The notes: a model not told the origin generated them from the sequence alone. Shown: positions 13,728 to 27,621, numbered from the stretch's first letter. The stretch: DNA of 64,000 nt from Okamejei kenojei (GCA_035221665.1 CM069142.1:58094001-58158000), one strand, 5' to 3'. A program made the numbers and translations.

Positions 13728-14030
13728 TAGACAATAGACAGTAGACAATAGGTGCAGGAGTAGGCCATTCGGCCCTTTGAGCCAGCACCGCCATTCACTG
13801 TGATCATGGCTGATCATCCACAATCAGTACGCCTTTCCTGCCTTCTCCCCATATCCCTTCACTCCTCTATCTTTAAGAGCTCTATCAAACTCTCTCTTGA
13901 AAGCCTCCAGAGAATTGGCCTCCACCGGCCTCCTGAGGCAGAGAATTCCACAGATTCACAACTCTCTGTGTGAAAAAGTTTTTCCTCATCTCCGTTCTAA
14001 ATGGCTTACCCCTTATTCTTAAACTGTGGC
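13728..14030 (-). mobile_element. CR1 3' end
   Basis: (agacaat)n tail followed by ggtgcaggagtaggccattcggccc. Confidence 0.85.
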
Positions 14031-15249
14031 ATTCTGGCACATGCTAACCTCGAAAGTCATCATGGTAGCTTCTTGGCACCATCTTTGTTAGCACTTTTGT
14101 TCAGTTCCTAATTATTCGGGGCAATCTTTCTCAACCCAAGAAATAAATTATTTGGCCACTCATTTCTGTGGCTAGTAGACTTGCACAAAATGGTCGCCAC
14201 AGCATCTCAGACTCATTCACTGCGTACAGGGTTATGGGGAGAAGGCAGGAGAATGGGGTTAAGAGGGAGAGATAGATCAGTCATGATCGAATGGTGGTGT
14301 AGACTTGATGGGCCAAATGGCCTAATTCTGGTTCTATAACTATGAACCTATGTATGTGGCAGTCCAGGGTGTTTGTGGCAAATGTCTTAAATACAATGTT
14401 TCCTTGACCAGCAAAGTCTTTGGTTATTCTCCTGGGTCGAGGAGAGGGCTGTAGGTGGAAGATTGTGTTTGGAAGAGATGCTGCACCATGGACCTAGCTA
14501 TGATTTGGGTTCAAAGCGATGAAGTCTGCAGAGTAAGGATGGAGAATATATGATTTTTAAGGGAGAGATAAATAGATCCTTGATTAGTATGTGTGTCAGG
14601 AGCTATGGGGAGAAGGCAGGAGAATGTGGTTAGAAGGGAGAGATAGATCAGTCAATGCTGAATGGTGGAGTAGACTTGATGGGCCAAATGGCCTAATTCT
14701 GATCCTACACCTTATGAACCTATGTACATGGCAGTCCGGGTGCTTGTGTTAAACACAAGGTTTCCATGTGGCCTGACCAGCCTACTGCCAAAGACGACCG
14801 CCACCTGAATATGACTCTAATGTCTTCCATTCTAGTCAGGAAACCAGATACGGTTGTGCTTGAGCCCCAAGCAATAGTTTGAGGATGTTGTTGCTGTTAC
14901 TAAATAACCCTTCAGAATTACCACAGTCTATCATTAAAATAGTGGGTGTTGTTAAATTAGCTCTAAAAGAATTTTAACCACAAATTAAGAAAATATATTT
15001 TTTATATTTCCTGGAAACTTTGTCCTGACGAATTACAGGCGCCAGGAGGAGATCACTCTTTCGCCCACACAGATTTTTTAATTGGAGATACTTAACGTTA
15101 GACCATAGCTACTCCCTTGTCTCATACACACACACACCCTGATGCTGGATAGTAGTGACAGGCCTATCAACCGACATGTCCAGGCTTACTGACTGCAGGC
15201 TACTCAGGTTATATACCAGGGTCTCCGAAATCAGGACGTCAGTTTTTTT

Positions 15250-15505
15250 AGTTTTAGAGGTACAGCATGGAAACAGGCCCTTCAGCCCATCGAGTCTGCA
15301 CTGACCAGCAATCACCCGTACATTAGTTTATCCTACATACCAGGGAAAATTTAGAGAATCCAATAAACCTGTGGAAACCTTTGGAATGTGGGAGGAAACC
15401 GGAGCATCCGGGGAGAACATACAAAATCTGTCCAGATAGCACCCGTAGTGAGGATCGTACCTGGGTCTGGCGCAATAAGGCAGCAGCTCTACCGCTGCGC
15501 CACCC
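15250..15505 (-). mobile_element. V-SINE (HE1-like)
   Basis: Family match. Confidence 0.85.
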
Positions 15506-15724
15506 TGCCCCCCCTTCCTTATGCCAAGCTCCCTCAGCAGTGTAGAGGTGCCAATATTGCACAACTTGTGAAAACATGAGGATGGACTAACATGTTCAAC
15601 ACAATACAATCTTGGGGCTCGTTTTCAGACTGGATGATAGATCAGGACCACTCTCTAAATTGATGATGGGATGGTTCCGTTGCCTGATAATAGCTGGAAA
15701 GAAACTGTCCTTGAATCTGAATAA

Positions 15725-16062
15725 TGGTTTGCGAGGGATAGATCAGGTCAGCACACAGAGTCTCTTGCCCAGATTAGGGAAATCAAGACCAGAGGACATA
15801 GTTTTAAGGTGAGGGGGGGAGGAGATTTAATAGGAACCTGAAGGGTAAATTTTTCATGCAAAGGGTGGAGGGTGTATGGAACGAGCTGCCGGAGGAGGCA
15901 GTTGAGGCAAGTACTATCGCAACATTTAAGAACATTTAGACAGGTACATTAATAAAGTAGGTTTAGAAGGATATGAGCTAAATGCAGGCAGGTAGTGTAG
16001 ATGGGACATGTTGGCCAGTGTGGGCAAGTTGGGCTGTAAGACTCTATGACTCAATGACTCTA
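15725..16062 (+). mobile_element. CR1 3' fragment
   Basis: RGIDQV...RPEDIV, tggaacgagctgccggaggag, and a (ctctatga)n tail. Confidence 0.8.
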
Positions 16063-17011
16063 TTTGACAATGAACAGTGCATATTCAGTGTCTCTACTGT
16101 TCATCATCACTCTGTTTAAAATGTTTCCAGTCAGGCCTTTGGTGGGACAGTTGAGAACAGTTGAGTCAGATTTCAACTTTAGTTAACTTAAAGTTCTGAA
16201 CTTTATTTGACAACCTGAAACAAAAGCTGGTACCAACTGCACAGCCAGAGTTCAGCAGTAGAATTGCGACAACGAGAGACATCAGGATAGATCCACAGAC
16301 ATTCTCACACGGTGCATGGGAATGTTTCTTTATGTTCAGTAATTTATTAATGCCAGAATCTAGGTGTGGTATTTTATTAGATTACAAGGATTAAGCACTT
16401 TTCCCAAGGCATAATTATATTCCCATTTTGGCAGCAAATTACGTTTTTAAACTATTTGGTATTGATTGCTTGCATAGTTTGAATAAGGTTTGGTTCTAAC
16501 TGCAGATGTGAAAGATAGGCAGGATACATCTTGGTATTGGCTCTACTTGTCAGCAATTCACACAGCAGTGTAGAAAGCGATCTCAATTGTTTTAAGTTTT
16601 AAGAGGGAAAATCAGTCAGTTTGGTGAACTCTTGTCGCTTTGCCGGCAAAATGTGTGTACTGCCGGGATGATGTCTGCTACACGATTTTACTGGGTTGTA
16701 TGCAAAACAAAGCATTGCGCTGTACCTCGGTGCACGTAAAATAAAGTATCATCCAATCATTGTTGAACTTATGAGTCTGGCTGGCAGGAGAAGACTACAC
16801 TTCCCTAATGAATGGAGGATGTACAAATAAAGTTACGCCCCCCGCCCTGTGAACTGCTGCAATGAGTAATTTCCGCAATTGGCTCCTGGGTTGGTTCATG
16901 TGTTACAACTAGCTTAGATGGCCCAGCGAACGTGGATGTGAGGGGTTATAAGGGCTCCTTGGCTTGTCTTGCCTCATCAGTGGGGGGTTGTGTCGGTGTT
17001 GAATATTGGAG

Positions 17012-17250
17012 GGGACAGAATGGCGCGGCCAGTAAAGCCGCTGCCTCACAGCGCCAGAGACCCGGGTTCGATCCGGCTGCTGTCTGTGTGGAGTTTGCAT
17101 CTTCTCCCTCTGAGCGCGTGGGTTTCCTCCGGAAATGCTCCCTTTTCCTCGCACATCCCCAAAATTTGTAAAAAAAAAAAAAAAAATGCTCTCAGAGTGC
17201 AGGGAGTGAATGTGAATGTGGGATACTGGTGTGAACGGGTGATCGATGAA
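17012..17250 (+). mobile_element. V-SINE (HE1-like)
   Basis: cagcgccagagacccgggttcgatcc. Confidence 0.8.
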
Positions 17251-17269
17251 CGGCTTGGAGCCCATATTG

Positions 17270-17650
17270 GCTCATTGTTGGCTGGGGAAGTGGAGATAAC
17301 GAAGGGATACAAGGATGCGAACAGTGGAACTAGTAAGACGACTAGAGTGGAGTAGTAGTGTGGTGTGGGGGAAAAAAGGGGGGGGGGGGGGGGGGGTGTT
17401 GAGGGGAGAGAGAAGGTGTTACTTAAGATAAATCAATGTTCAAAGCGCTGGGCTGTAAGCTGCCAAAGTGAAATATGAGGTGCTGTCTGTTCCATTTAGC
17501 ATTTTTCCAGCTTTATCGTTCTTGCTACAATCAGTCTGAAGAAGGGTCCCGACCCAGTCTATCCACTGCCTCCCCAGATGCTGCCTGACCCGCTGAGTCA
17601 CTCCAGCGTTTTTGTGTTTTGCTCAAGAATCCGGAGCCTGCAGTTTCTTG
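17270..17650 (-). mobile_element. Penelope-like ORF C-terminus fragment with adjacent terminal repeat
   Basis: The minus strand at about 17425-17485 reads QHLIFHFGSLQPSALNIDLS. A terminal repeat lies at 17531-17650 in the opposite orientation. Confidence 0.6.
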
Positions 17651-17979
17651 TGACTCCCGGGAAAATACATTGCTCACTAGGGAGGTCCGGGGTGGATGTA
17701 TTGGCTCAGAAGGCATTTGGGGAGTCAATTCGCGAAGCTCCCTACCCTTTGGTGTCTAATGCAGACTCCATAGCCAGACATTTTAACAAATGCCTCCAGT
17801 GCAGTTACTGCACGCACCTTGCCGCCAACCGTTGAATATCCAACACTTGAATGTGGAATAAATCACCTCCGGTCGGTTGTGGACTTGGAGGGTGTCCGAG
17901 CAAAGTGTTTTGGAGTTCCCCAGTCACGTCCCCTGCCTGATGTTGGAGTGCAGCCCTTTCAGAGGCAACAACTGCAAGA

Positions 17980-18256
17980 GGGCGGCGCAGCGGCAGAGTC
18001 CCGGGTTCGATCCTGAGTGCGGGTGCTGTCTGTACGGAGTTTGTACGTCCCCCACCCGTGACCCGCGTGGGTTTTCTCCGGGAGCTCCGGTTTTCTCCCA
18101 CACTCCAAAGACCCACGGGATCTTGGCTTTGGTAAAATTGTAAATTGTCCCTAGTGTGTGTGTGTGTGTGTGTGTGTGTAGGATAGTGTTAGTGTGCGGG
18201 GATCGCTGGTCTCCGTGGGCCTACCGCTTTGTTTCCGCGCTGTATCTCTAAACTAG
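17980..18256 (+). mobile_element. V-SINE (HE1-like) with (TG)n expansion
   Basis: Family match. Confidence 0.85.
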
Positions 18257-18489
18257 ACTTTAAAAAAACGATTATCGCAACATGAGGTGTTCAACGACGT
18301 ATCATTGCCCCCGGGTCTTGAGTTGCGTGAATAGTGAATCAGTAAACCACCGTCTATAGCTGACAAAGTGTCAGACACGTGGGCGTGCATTGCGAAACGA
18401 GAACATGTGAGTGTCAGAATCGTTGAGAACTACATTGGGAATGTCCTGCTGGGCGCAATTATATCTGGAAACAATTTCTATCACACTAT

Positions 18490-18685
18490 GCGTGGGAGGG
18501 GACTGCAGATGCTGGTTTACACCGAAGGCAGGCGCGGAATGCTGGAGTAACTCAGCGGCTCAGTCAGCATCTCTGGAGAAACGGAATCAGGTGTGAAGAA
18601 AGGTCTCGACCCGAAACGTCACACGTCCTTTTTCTCCAGAGATGCTGCCTGACCCGCTGAGTTACTCAGCATCTCGTGTCGATCA
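18490..18685. mobile_element. Fold-back PLE-terminal short element
   Basis: Inverted arms around gtgaagaaaggtctcgacccgaaacgtc. Confidence 0.7.
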
Positions 18686-19039
18686 TAATCTACCCTGGGT
18701 TAACTAGGTTTGTGCGTAAAAATCGCACGTTCGACGCAGCCATGTAGACCTGGGGGTGCGGATTGGAGCAGAACTAGACCCTTCGGCCCATCGACTCCAG
18801 TCCGCCATTCCGTCAAAGCTGATATATTGTTTCCTCTCAACTCTCGTCTCCTGCCGTCTGCCCATAACCTTTGATGCTCTTAACAATCAAGAATCTTTCA
18901 ATCTCCTCTTTAAAAATGCCCTTGTATTGGCCTCCACCGCCGTCCCTGGCAGAATTCTACGGATTGGCCGCCGTCTGGCTAAAGAAATTCCTCCTCCTCT
19001 CCATTCTAAATGCACATCCCTTTATTCTGAAGCTGTGCC

Positions 19040-19316
19040 CTCGCGTCCAAGACTTCCCCTTCTTCCCAGCTGTTAACTGGCAACTGAACCACCCTACCAA
19101 CAACTAGAGAGCGGCCCTGAGATACAATCTACTTCTCTGGAGACCCTGGAACTATCTTTAATCGGACTTTATCTTGCATTCAACGTTACGCCCTTCATCG
19201 TGCATTTGGACATTGTGGATGGCTCGATTGTAATCATGTGTAGTCTTTCCGTTGACTGGTTAGCACGCAACAGTAAGCTTTTCGCTGTACCTCGATACTC
19301 ATGACAATAGACTAAA
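19040..19316 (+). mobile_element. Rex1-like LINE 3' end
   Basis: ttcttcccagctgttaactggcaactgaac...gcacgcaacagtaagctttt...gacaata. The same tail type occurs at 1412-1505. Confidence 0.6.
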
Positions 19317-19319
19317 AGC

Positions 19320-19905
19320 GTCACCCAATATTTCTCTCCAGAGATGCTGCCTGTCCCGCTGAGTTACTCCAGCATGTTGTGCCCATCTTCGGTGTAAACC
19401 AACATCTGCAGTTCCTTCCGACAAAACTAACTTCCACTACTGGAACCTTCCTTCCCACGTCCACTTTATCTGGGCCAATAGCTGTGGTGAGACTTGTTTC
19501 TCTTCTCCCAGTGGAGACGAGCAAGCAGATAGAAGAGGTGTTGTGGAGGTGCACTGCACAGCGCCGCTTAATATCCCGTCTACAAATCCCGTCTGACGCT
19601 GACTGCCCTTGCCCGATACAGCATTGAGAGGCATTATCGCATATAATGTATGCATATTAGTATCTCTCCATCCTAAACCAAACTGTGAGATTTTATGTGA
19701 GTCTGAAGAAGGGTCTCGACCCGAAACGTCACCTATTCCTTTTCTCCAGAGATGCTGCCTGTCCCGCGGAGTTACTCCAGCTTTCTATGTCCATCTTCGG
19801 TTTAAACCAGCACCTGCAGTTCGTTCCAACAGATTTTGATGTGCCATTGTGGACACAAAATGCTGGAGTAACTCCGCGGGACAGGCAGCATCTCTGGAGA
19901 GAAAG
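19320..19905. mobile_element. Cluster of PLE terminal-repeat copies
   Basis: Copies at 19320-19420 (+), 19700-19830 (+) and 19850-19905 (-). Confidence 0.7.
19702..19733 (+). ncRNA. Minimal type I hammerhead-ribozyme-like motif in a PLE terminal repeat (representative intact copy)
   Basis: gt-CTGAAGA-a-GGGTC-tc-GACCC-GAAA-CGTC-ac: CUGANGA core, stem II, GAAA, palindromic ACGT stem III and GUC cleavage triplet. Confidence 0.65.
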
Positions 19906-20242
19906 AATGTTCCATTTTGTTTTAAAGTGAAGCATAAAGTGGGTATCAACGAACAGGTGGGGAAAAGTAGCTAATCAATGTTGACTAATCGGGGCTCGGA
20001 TGATTTTGCACTCTCGCTATGTAATTTAGTTCATCCAGGATCTCTCATGCTGTAAATGAACTGTTGTGAACTGCAGGGAATTTAAAAAAAAAAAACCAGT
20101 AGAAGATGTGCACTACACAAACAAATCCTAGTTTGTTTTGGTGGTTTTGTGGGCTTTTTGTGTTTTTATTTTCCTTTTCAGAAGGTTTCAGTTGTTAAAA
20201 AAAAAAGCCCAACACTTTCTACCCTCCTCTCTCCCTGTACAG

Positions 20243-20404
20243 ATACAAGGCACGTCCAGCCCTCGCCGCCATGGACCTACGATCAGTCCTACCCTTATCT
20301 CGGGCAGATAACAACACCCTCTGTTCACCCTGCAACTCCCATCTCCCCCGGCCGGGCAAGCGGCATGCCGACAATCACAGCAGAAATTTCCAGCAGGCTT
20401 TCAG
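20243..20404 (+). CDS. RUNX1: RUNX1 penultimate coding exon (162 bp)
   Basis: Acceptor ctctctccctgtacag|AT and donor TCAG|gtgagc. Translates [54 protein letters not shown], homologous to human [42 protein letters not shown]. Confidence 0.96.
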
Positions 20405-20489
20405 GTGAGCGGTGAATCCCGAGCGGTTATCCCGGAATGATCTGACGGAGGGTCTCGACTCGAAATATCACCCGTTCTATCTCTGGCTA

Positions 20490-20760
20490 GAAGTTGCTGC
20501 CGTACAGCGCTTGCAGCGCCAGAGAGGCGGGTTCGATCCCGACGATGGGTGCTGTCTGTACAGAGTGGCCTGCGTGGGTTTTCTCCCACACTCGAAAGAC
20601 GCACAGGTTTGTAGGTTGATTGGCTTGGGTTCCTATACCTGGTATAAGTGTATGTATACACTTAGTGTATGTATGTAGGATGGTGTTAATGTGTGGGGAT
20701 CGCTGGTGGGCCGAATGGCCTGTATCCGCGCTAAATCTCTAAACTAAACCAAACTAAACA
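20490..20760 (+). mobile_element. V-SINE (HE1-like)
   Basis: Family match, about 85 bp downstream of a RUNX1 splice donor. Confidence 0.8.
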
Positions 20761-21734
20761 AAAAAAAAATGCTGCCTGTTACTCTAGCATGTTGTGTCCA
20801 TAACCGGGAATTATTTTTGGGAAGAAATAAAGACCCAGCCGAGGCTGCCACCTTGAGCTGATTGCGGGTATTGCAGGTTGCATATGTATAATCGGAGTGA
20901 ACCGCGGGCGGGTGCAACAGCTTAAACTCAAATCAATCAGTGTGACCCGAAGCTGCACCTATCCATGTTCTCCAGACATGCTACCCGACCCACTGATTTT
21001 TTTTTTAGATTAAATTCTACACTTTCTGAAAAGACAGCTGAACCACAGCGCTTGAGTAGTGATCGGTGTGATGTATGCCTGCTCTAATACCTACGGTGTA
21101 AGACACGAATTAAGTTAGTACCTTCAAGACAAACTAAATTGAATAGCCTTTAAATCTGAAATATACGAACAAATAGTCGTTAATGAAGGCGAACATCGGT
21201 GGTATGTAACGTTTCGTACCTCTATTTCCCTCTCTACCAGGACTTTCAGTCTGAAGAAGGGGTTCGACCCGAAAAGTCACATATTTTATCTCCAGATATG
21301 CTGCCTGACCCGCTGTTACTCCAGCATTTTGTGCCTATCTAAGGGGGTGGGTTTGATGGATGAGCGAGGAGTTGGCAAACTGAGGTCAATTGCCCTGCAC
21401 TGGGTTAACTGAGGTTAATTGCCCTTTATTTCATCCCAATTAATCTGCACTCCAAATAGTGCCTCGCTGTTGCCTGAACGAACGGGCCGGCCCGCCTGAT
21501 GTTGCCGAGTGCGTCAGAGTTTGGCTCGCCCGCCTGTGCCTGTTTCCACAGTCTGGCTCTTCTGATACAGAGAGACACACCTTGTCTGGTAGACTTTGTC
21601 ACGACTTGTCACCTGAGTAATATTTCCAACTCCCTGCCAAAGCATCATTGTGGAGGATCGCTTAAATTTTGAGACACGTCGAGATTCTGTCGAGCTGGTA
21701 GCTACAGGCAAAAAGTAGTGTGGGTTAGTTCCGT

Positions 21735-22020
21735 TTGGTTTAGGGCAACTATGCGGATACAGGCCATTCGGCCCACCGAGTCCACACCGACCTGCGATCC
21801 CTGCACACTAACACTGTGGTGTTCCCAGCACATTAACCTACAAACGATCCCAGCACATTAACCTACAAACCTGTATGTCTTTGGAGTGTGGGAGGAAACC
21901 GGAGCCCCCGGAGAAAACCCACACGGTCACAGGGAGAACGTACAAATTCCATACAGACATCATCCGCATCCAGGATCGAACTCGGATCTCTGGCGTTACC
22001 GCTGCATCACCGCGCCGCCC
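21735..22020 (-). mobile_element. V-SINE (HE1-like)
   Basis: Family match with an internal duplication of tcccagcacattaacctacaaac. Confidence 0.8.
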
Positions 22021-22736
22021 AGTAAATGAAGGGTGGGGGGAAAAACTGCAGATGCTGGAAATATAACATAGCACTGGAAACACTGGACGGGTTAGGCAGC
22101 ATCTCTGGCGAAAAGGAATAGGTGACGATTCTGATCGAGACGATTCATGTTCTTGTGTTTGATTACACTTGATGGGCCGAATGGCCTAATTCTACTCCTA
22201 TTCCTTATGACCTTACGTGGACTCCGCCATTCAATCATGACTGGTCCATCTCCCCCTCCTAACCCCATTCTCCTGCCTTCCCCTCATAACCTCTGATACG
22301 ACGTATATATCCAGAGATACTGCCTGACCCGCTGAATTACTCTAGCTTACTTGTGTCTATATTCGGTGTAAACCAGCATCTGCAGTTCCTTCCTACACAC
22401 TTCACTGGCCAGTTGTGCGCTCCTGGCCCCTGTCACACACTGCGAACACCATGCCAGAACACCAATTACTGCTCAACGGGAAGTGCTGGAGAAACTCAGC
22501 TGGTCAGGCGGGAGTTGGACAGACGACGTGTCGGGACGGGACCCATCTTCAGACTGGAAGGTCCAGACCCGAAACATTATCCGTCCTTTTTTTTTTTACC
22601 CCAAATATGTTGGTTTTTTTTCAAATATAAAACAAGATCACAAATGGACAGACAACGTTTTGAGTCGGGACCCTTGAACAATCTGAATTGCAGTAAATGA
22701 GGCCACAGATTTGCAGCTAGCAAATATGTTTACCAT

Positions 22737-22921
22737 ATAAGACAAAATTGCTGGAGAAACTCAGCGGGTGCGGCAGCATCTATGGAGCGAAGGAAATAGG
22801 CAACGTTTCGGCCCGAAACGTTGCCTATTTCCTTCGCTCCATAGATGCTGCCGCAGCCGCTGAGTTTCTCCAGCAATTTTGTGTACCCTCGATTTTCCAG
22901 CATCTCCAGCTCCTCTTGAAC
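22737..22921. mobile_element. Fold-back PLE-terminal short element with 11 bp TSD
   Basis: Near-perfect palindrome centred on aacgtttcggcccgaaacgtt. TSD atgtttaccat at 22726-22736 and 22922-22932. Confidence 0.85.
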
Positions 22922-23399
22922 ATGTTTACCATGAATATATATTTCTATAAAACGCAGCGCTGGAGGAACTCAGCGGGTCTGGCAGCTTCTGGGGGAGGGA
23001 ATGAATAGGAGACGTTTCGAGTCGGGACCCCTTTTAATGATCGTCCGTTGATTCCCCCCACAGATGCTGCTTGGCACGTTGAGTTCCTCCAGCACTTTGT
23101 GTTTTGCTTAAGATTCCAGCATTGGCAGTCCCTTGCGTCCCCTTGTAATTTGTGTTGGCAACCGTTGCGAATAAGCGAGCGCGTGTAAATGTACAGCGAT
23201 TGACAATGGCGAGCGAAAAACGTGGATTGTTAGCGAAACACAAAGCGCGGGGGGAATTCAGCGGGTCAGGAAACGTCTGTGAATGAAATGGACAGACAGG
23301 TCGGGACCCTTCTTCAGTCTGACTGCAATGTGGTGTGGAGTGGACCTGGGAAAGAGAGATGAGGCGGGACAAATTTGGCAAGTGATAGGTGGATACATA

Positions 23400-24085
23400 A
23401 GATTATAAGAACATACGTGATAGGAGCAGAATTAGGCCATTCGGCCCATTAAGTCCATTGAATAGAATAGTGAAAGGCATGGATAGAGTGGATGTGGAGA
23501 GGACGTTTCCACTAGTGGGGGTGTCTCGGACTAGAGGTCATAGCCTCAGAATTGAAGGACGTTATTTTAGGAAGATGAGGAGAATTTTATTTTGTCAGAG
23601 GGTCATGGAGGCCGTCAGTGGATATTTTCAAGGCAGGGATAGACAGATTCTTGATTAGTACGGGTGTCAGGGGTTATGGGGTGAAGGCAGGAGAATTAGG
23701 TTAGGAGGGAGAGATAGATCAGCCATGATTGAATGGCGGAGTAGACTTGATGTGCCGAATGGCCTAATTCTACTCCTCTTCCTTATGACCTTACGTCTAC
23801 TCCGCCATTCAATCGTGGCTGATCCTCCTAACCCCATTCTCCCGCCTTCTCCCCATGACCTCTGATACGACCTATTTCTAAGCCCTTCGAGCCTGCACCG
23901 CCATTCAATATGATCATGGCTGATCATCCAACTCAGTATCCTGCACCTGCCTTCTCTCCATACACCCTGATCCCTTTAGCCACAAGGGCCACATTTAACT
24001 CCCTCTTAAATATAGACAATGAACTTGCCTCAACTACCTTCTGTGGCAGAGAATTCCAGAGACTCACCACTCTCTGTGTGAAAAA
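23400..24085. mobile_element. Cluster of CR1 3' fragments in both orientations
   Basis: KGMDRVDVER.FPLVG.SRTRGHSLRI on +, plus minus-strand tails. Confidence 0.8.
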
Positions 24086-24426
24086 TCTATGGTATAAACC
24101 AGCATCTGCAGTTCATTTCTACACATTAAAGTATGCCGAAATCGCGGATACGTACTGGGAAGAAGTTCAAATGATGATTTGTCTTTAAAAAAAAGTGAGT
24201 TTAGCAATGTCTCTATTAATACGCAGCTCATGACTGACAGCCGCGTGTCTGCAGAATGCAGGCGGCCCCGAGAGTTGTGGTCACTTTGTGGCGGGACGCT
24301 GAGGTTTCATGTGGTTGTGATCGACTGGCCACACAGAGTTTCATTATTTGAAATCCTATCACAACCGCGACGAATTATGATTATCCCTGGTCTGGCACCA
24401 GCTTAAATAACATGAAACCTGCCCGA

Positions 24427-24606
24427 CGAAGATCGACACAAAATAGTAACTCAGTGGGACAGGCAACATCTCTGGAGAGTAGAAATGGGTGACGTTACGG
24501 GTTGAGACCCGTTCCTTCTCCCCAGAGATGCTGCCTGTCCCACTGAGTTACTCCAGCATTGTGTGTCTCTCTCCGGTTTAAACCAGCATCTGGAGTTCCT
24601 GCCTGC
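24427..24606. mobile_element. Fold-back PLE-terminal short element with 17 bp TSD
   Basis: TSD acatgaaacctgcccga at 24410-24426 and 24607-24623, with inverted arms between. Confidence 0.85.
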
Positions 24607-24924
24607 ACATGAAACCTGCCCGATTCAGATTTACTGCCGCCTCGCATTGACGAGTCCCACGTCTAACCTAGGCTACAAGCACTAAACAAAGTGCTGGAGA
24701 ATCTCAGCGGGTCAAGCAGCGACTGTGGAGGGAGATGGACAGACGATGTTTCAGGAAGGCCCCTTCTGAAAGGTCCCGACCCGAAACCTTATCCGTCCAT
24801 ATACGTCTCGAGATTTTGTTATAACATTTAAACAATGTAAAAGAACCGTGTAAAACACTTGATTATTAGTGTATGTACATTAAATATTGCTCGTGTTGAA
24901 CCCTTAGCGCCCCTTTTCGTTCGG

Positions 24925-25195
24925 GTTAGAGATACAGCATAGAAACAGGCTCTTCGGCCCACCGAGTCCATGCCGACCATCGATCACCCGATCACATTAG
25001 TTCTACGTTACCCCATTTTCTCACCCACTCTCTATACATTAGGGGCAATTTGACGGAGGCCATTTGGCTCACGTCTTTGGGGATGTAGGAGGAAACTGGA
25101 TCGGTCACAGGGAGAACGTGCGAACTCCAGCCAGACAGCACCCGAGGCCTCTAGCGCTGCGAGACTGTAGCTCTTCCAGCTGCGCCATTGTGCCG
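24925..25195 (-). mobile_element. V-SINE (HE1-like)
   Basis: Family match. Confidence 0.8.
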
Positions 25196-25779
25196 GCCTT
25201 AACACCTAACGTCATTGCCCCTTATGCGTTCCCCTGGAATGATATCCCTTCCCCTGTTTGAGGGGTGTCCAGCACCCCCATTGTCCAGCCGCGGAAGGAC
25301 CCCAGACTGCAGCGCTTTGCAGTATTTTTGCTCAAGATTCCAACATCTCTGGGACAACAAGTGACTGGAGGCGCCCAGTCACTGCTCCCCTGCGGCCTTC
25401 TCCTGAATGTAATCGTCAGTCGGCCTCGTATCGCTCTCCACGCATTACGATGCTCCTTTCTTCACACACCCCTCCTCTCCGCCCACACACCCTCCCACTC
25501 CGCCCCCTCTCACCCGCTTTGAACAAGCTTCTGTCATGAAACTCAATTTCCTGTTGTGTGGCTTGGTGCCACTTTCTATTAGATACAGCAGCCGGTACGC
25601 TGTTTTGGGTATTCTTGTTGCTGCTTTAAAAATACACGTCGCCATCGCTAAGTTTTATATATAACTTTTACATTGTCAATACAATTACATTGTGCACAAA
25701 ATATTGACAAATGTAACGTACATAACAACAATGGCGATGCGTATTTATAAGATGGCTTTATTAGCGATAAATTCAATGC

Positions 25780-26150
25780 ATATATATCGTGTATATATAT
25801 ATATATATATATATAACGAATCATTCACTTTATCGTTAAATTTTAACTTTATAAATACATGTCCATGTTTAATATACAATGTAATTGATATTGTATTCTC
25901 TATACAATAAACCAATCTATCCTATATATATATATAACGATGCGTTAACTTTTATCGTTAATAAATTCATGTTATATATATAAATATATCCTATATATAT
26001 AAATATATCATATAAATATATAAATATATCATATGTGTGTGACGATGCATTAACTTTATCGTTAATAAAGTTATATATATATATAAATATATCATATATA
26101 TAAGATTACATTATTAACGATAAAGTTTATATATATAAAGTTATATATAT
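25780..26150. repeat. AT-rich (TA)n low-complexity region
   Basis: Visible TA repeats with recurring taactttatcgttaat. Confidence 0.85.
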
Positions 26151-26407
26151 CCAATCTCGATCTACGGTTTGTTTCCTCATTGATAGTTGATACAAAAGAG
26201 GAAATCCGTCATGTTGAGCGTTTGCAAATAGCACAAGGCAAGTGCTGAACCAGCTGAAGAGTTATGCAGCATTAATGTTTCTTGTCGGAGTTCTTTGCTC
26301 GCTGCGGCTAGTTCGGAGCAAAAGATGGTCCCAATTTTCTGCTTCGCCGCCTTGTTTCATTTCCTTTTCACGATGCGTGCAGCAGAAATTAAACGGAAGG
26401 CCTTTTC

Positions 26408-26780
26408 ATAGAGCATAGAGAACCGCACCACACAGGAACAGGCCCTTCCGCCCTCAATATCCAGGGCGAACATGATGCCAAATGAAACTGTTCTCCACAG
26501 CCCGCATTCCATCTATATTCCGCCATTCCCTACATAATCATGTGCCTATCGAAATGGCTCTTCAAACTCCCGATTGTATCTGCCGCCACCACCACCCCAG
26601 GTAACGCGTTCCAGGTGCCCACCACTCTCTGTGTAAAAAAAAGTCCCGCAGATCCCTTTTATGAGGCAACAGTTGCCTCTTTCATCTTAAAGCTATGTCC
26701 TTCAGTCTTTGACATTTTCATCCGGGGGGAAGGAGATTGGGAAGTCTACCCTATCCACGCCTCTCATCATTCTTTAAACT
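26408..26780 (-). mobile_element. CR1 3' fragment
   Basis: catagag tail; accactctctgtgtaaaaaa. Confidence 0.7.
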
Positions 26781-26944
26781 TTTCCCTTTTGGCTTTTTAG
26801 TAAAACGATATCTGGTGTGTTTATGCATGATGTACCAAATGCACGAAGTTTCAAAGATTCAGCATGTCCGGGTGAAGTTGTCTGTTGTAATGGTTAAATG
26901 GTTTTAAAGTCACACAGCCTATCCATGTCCTCTAGTCTCCTCGC

Positions 26945-27621
<677 letters not shown>

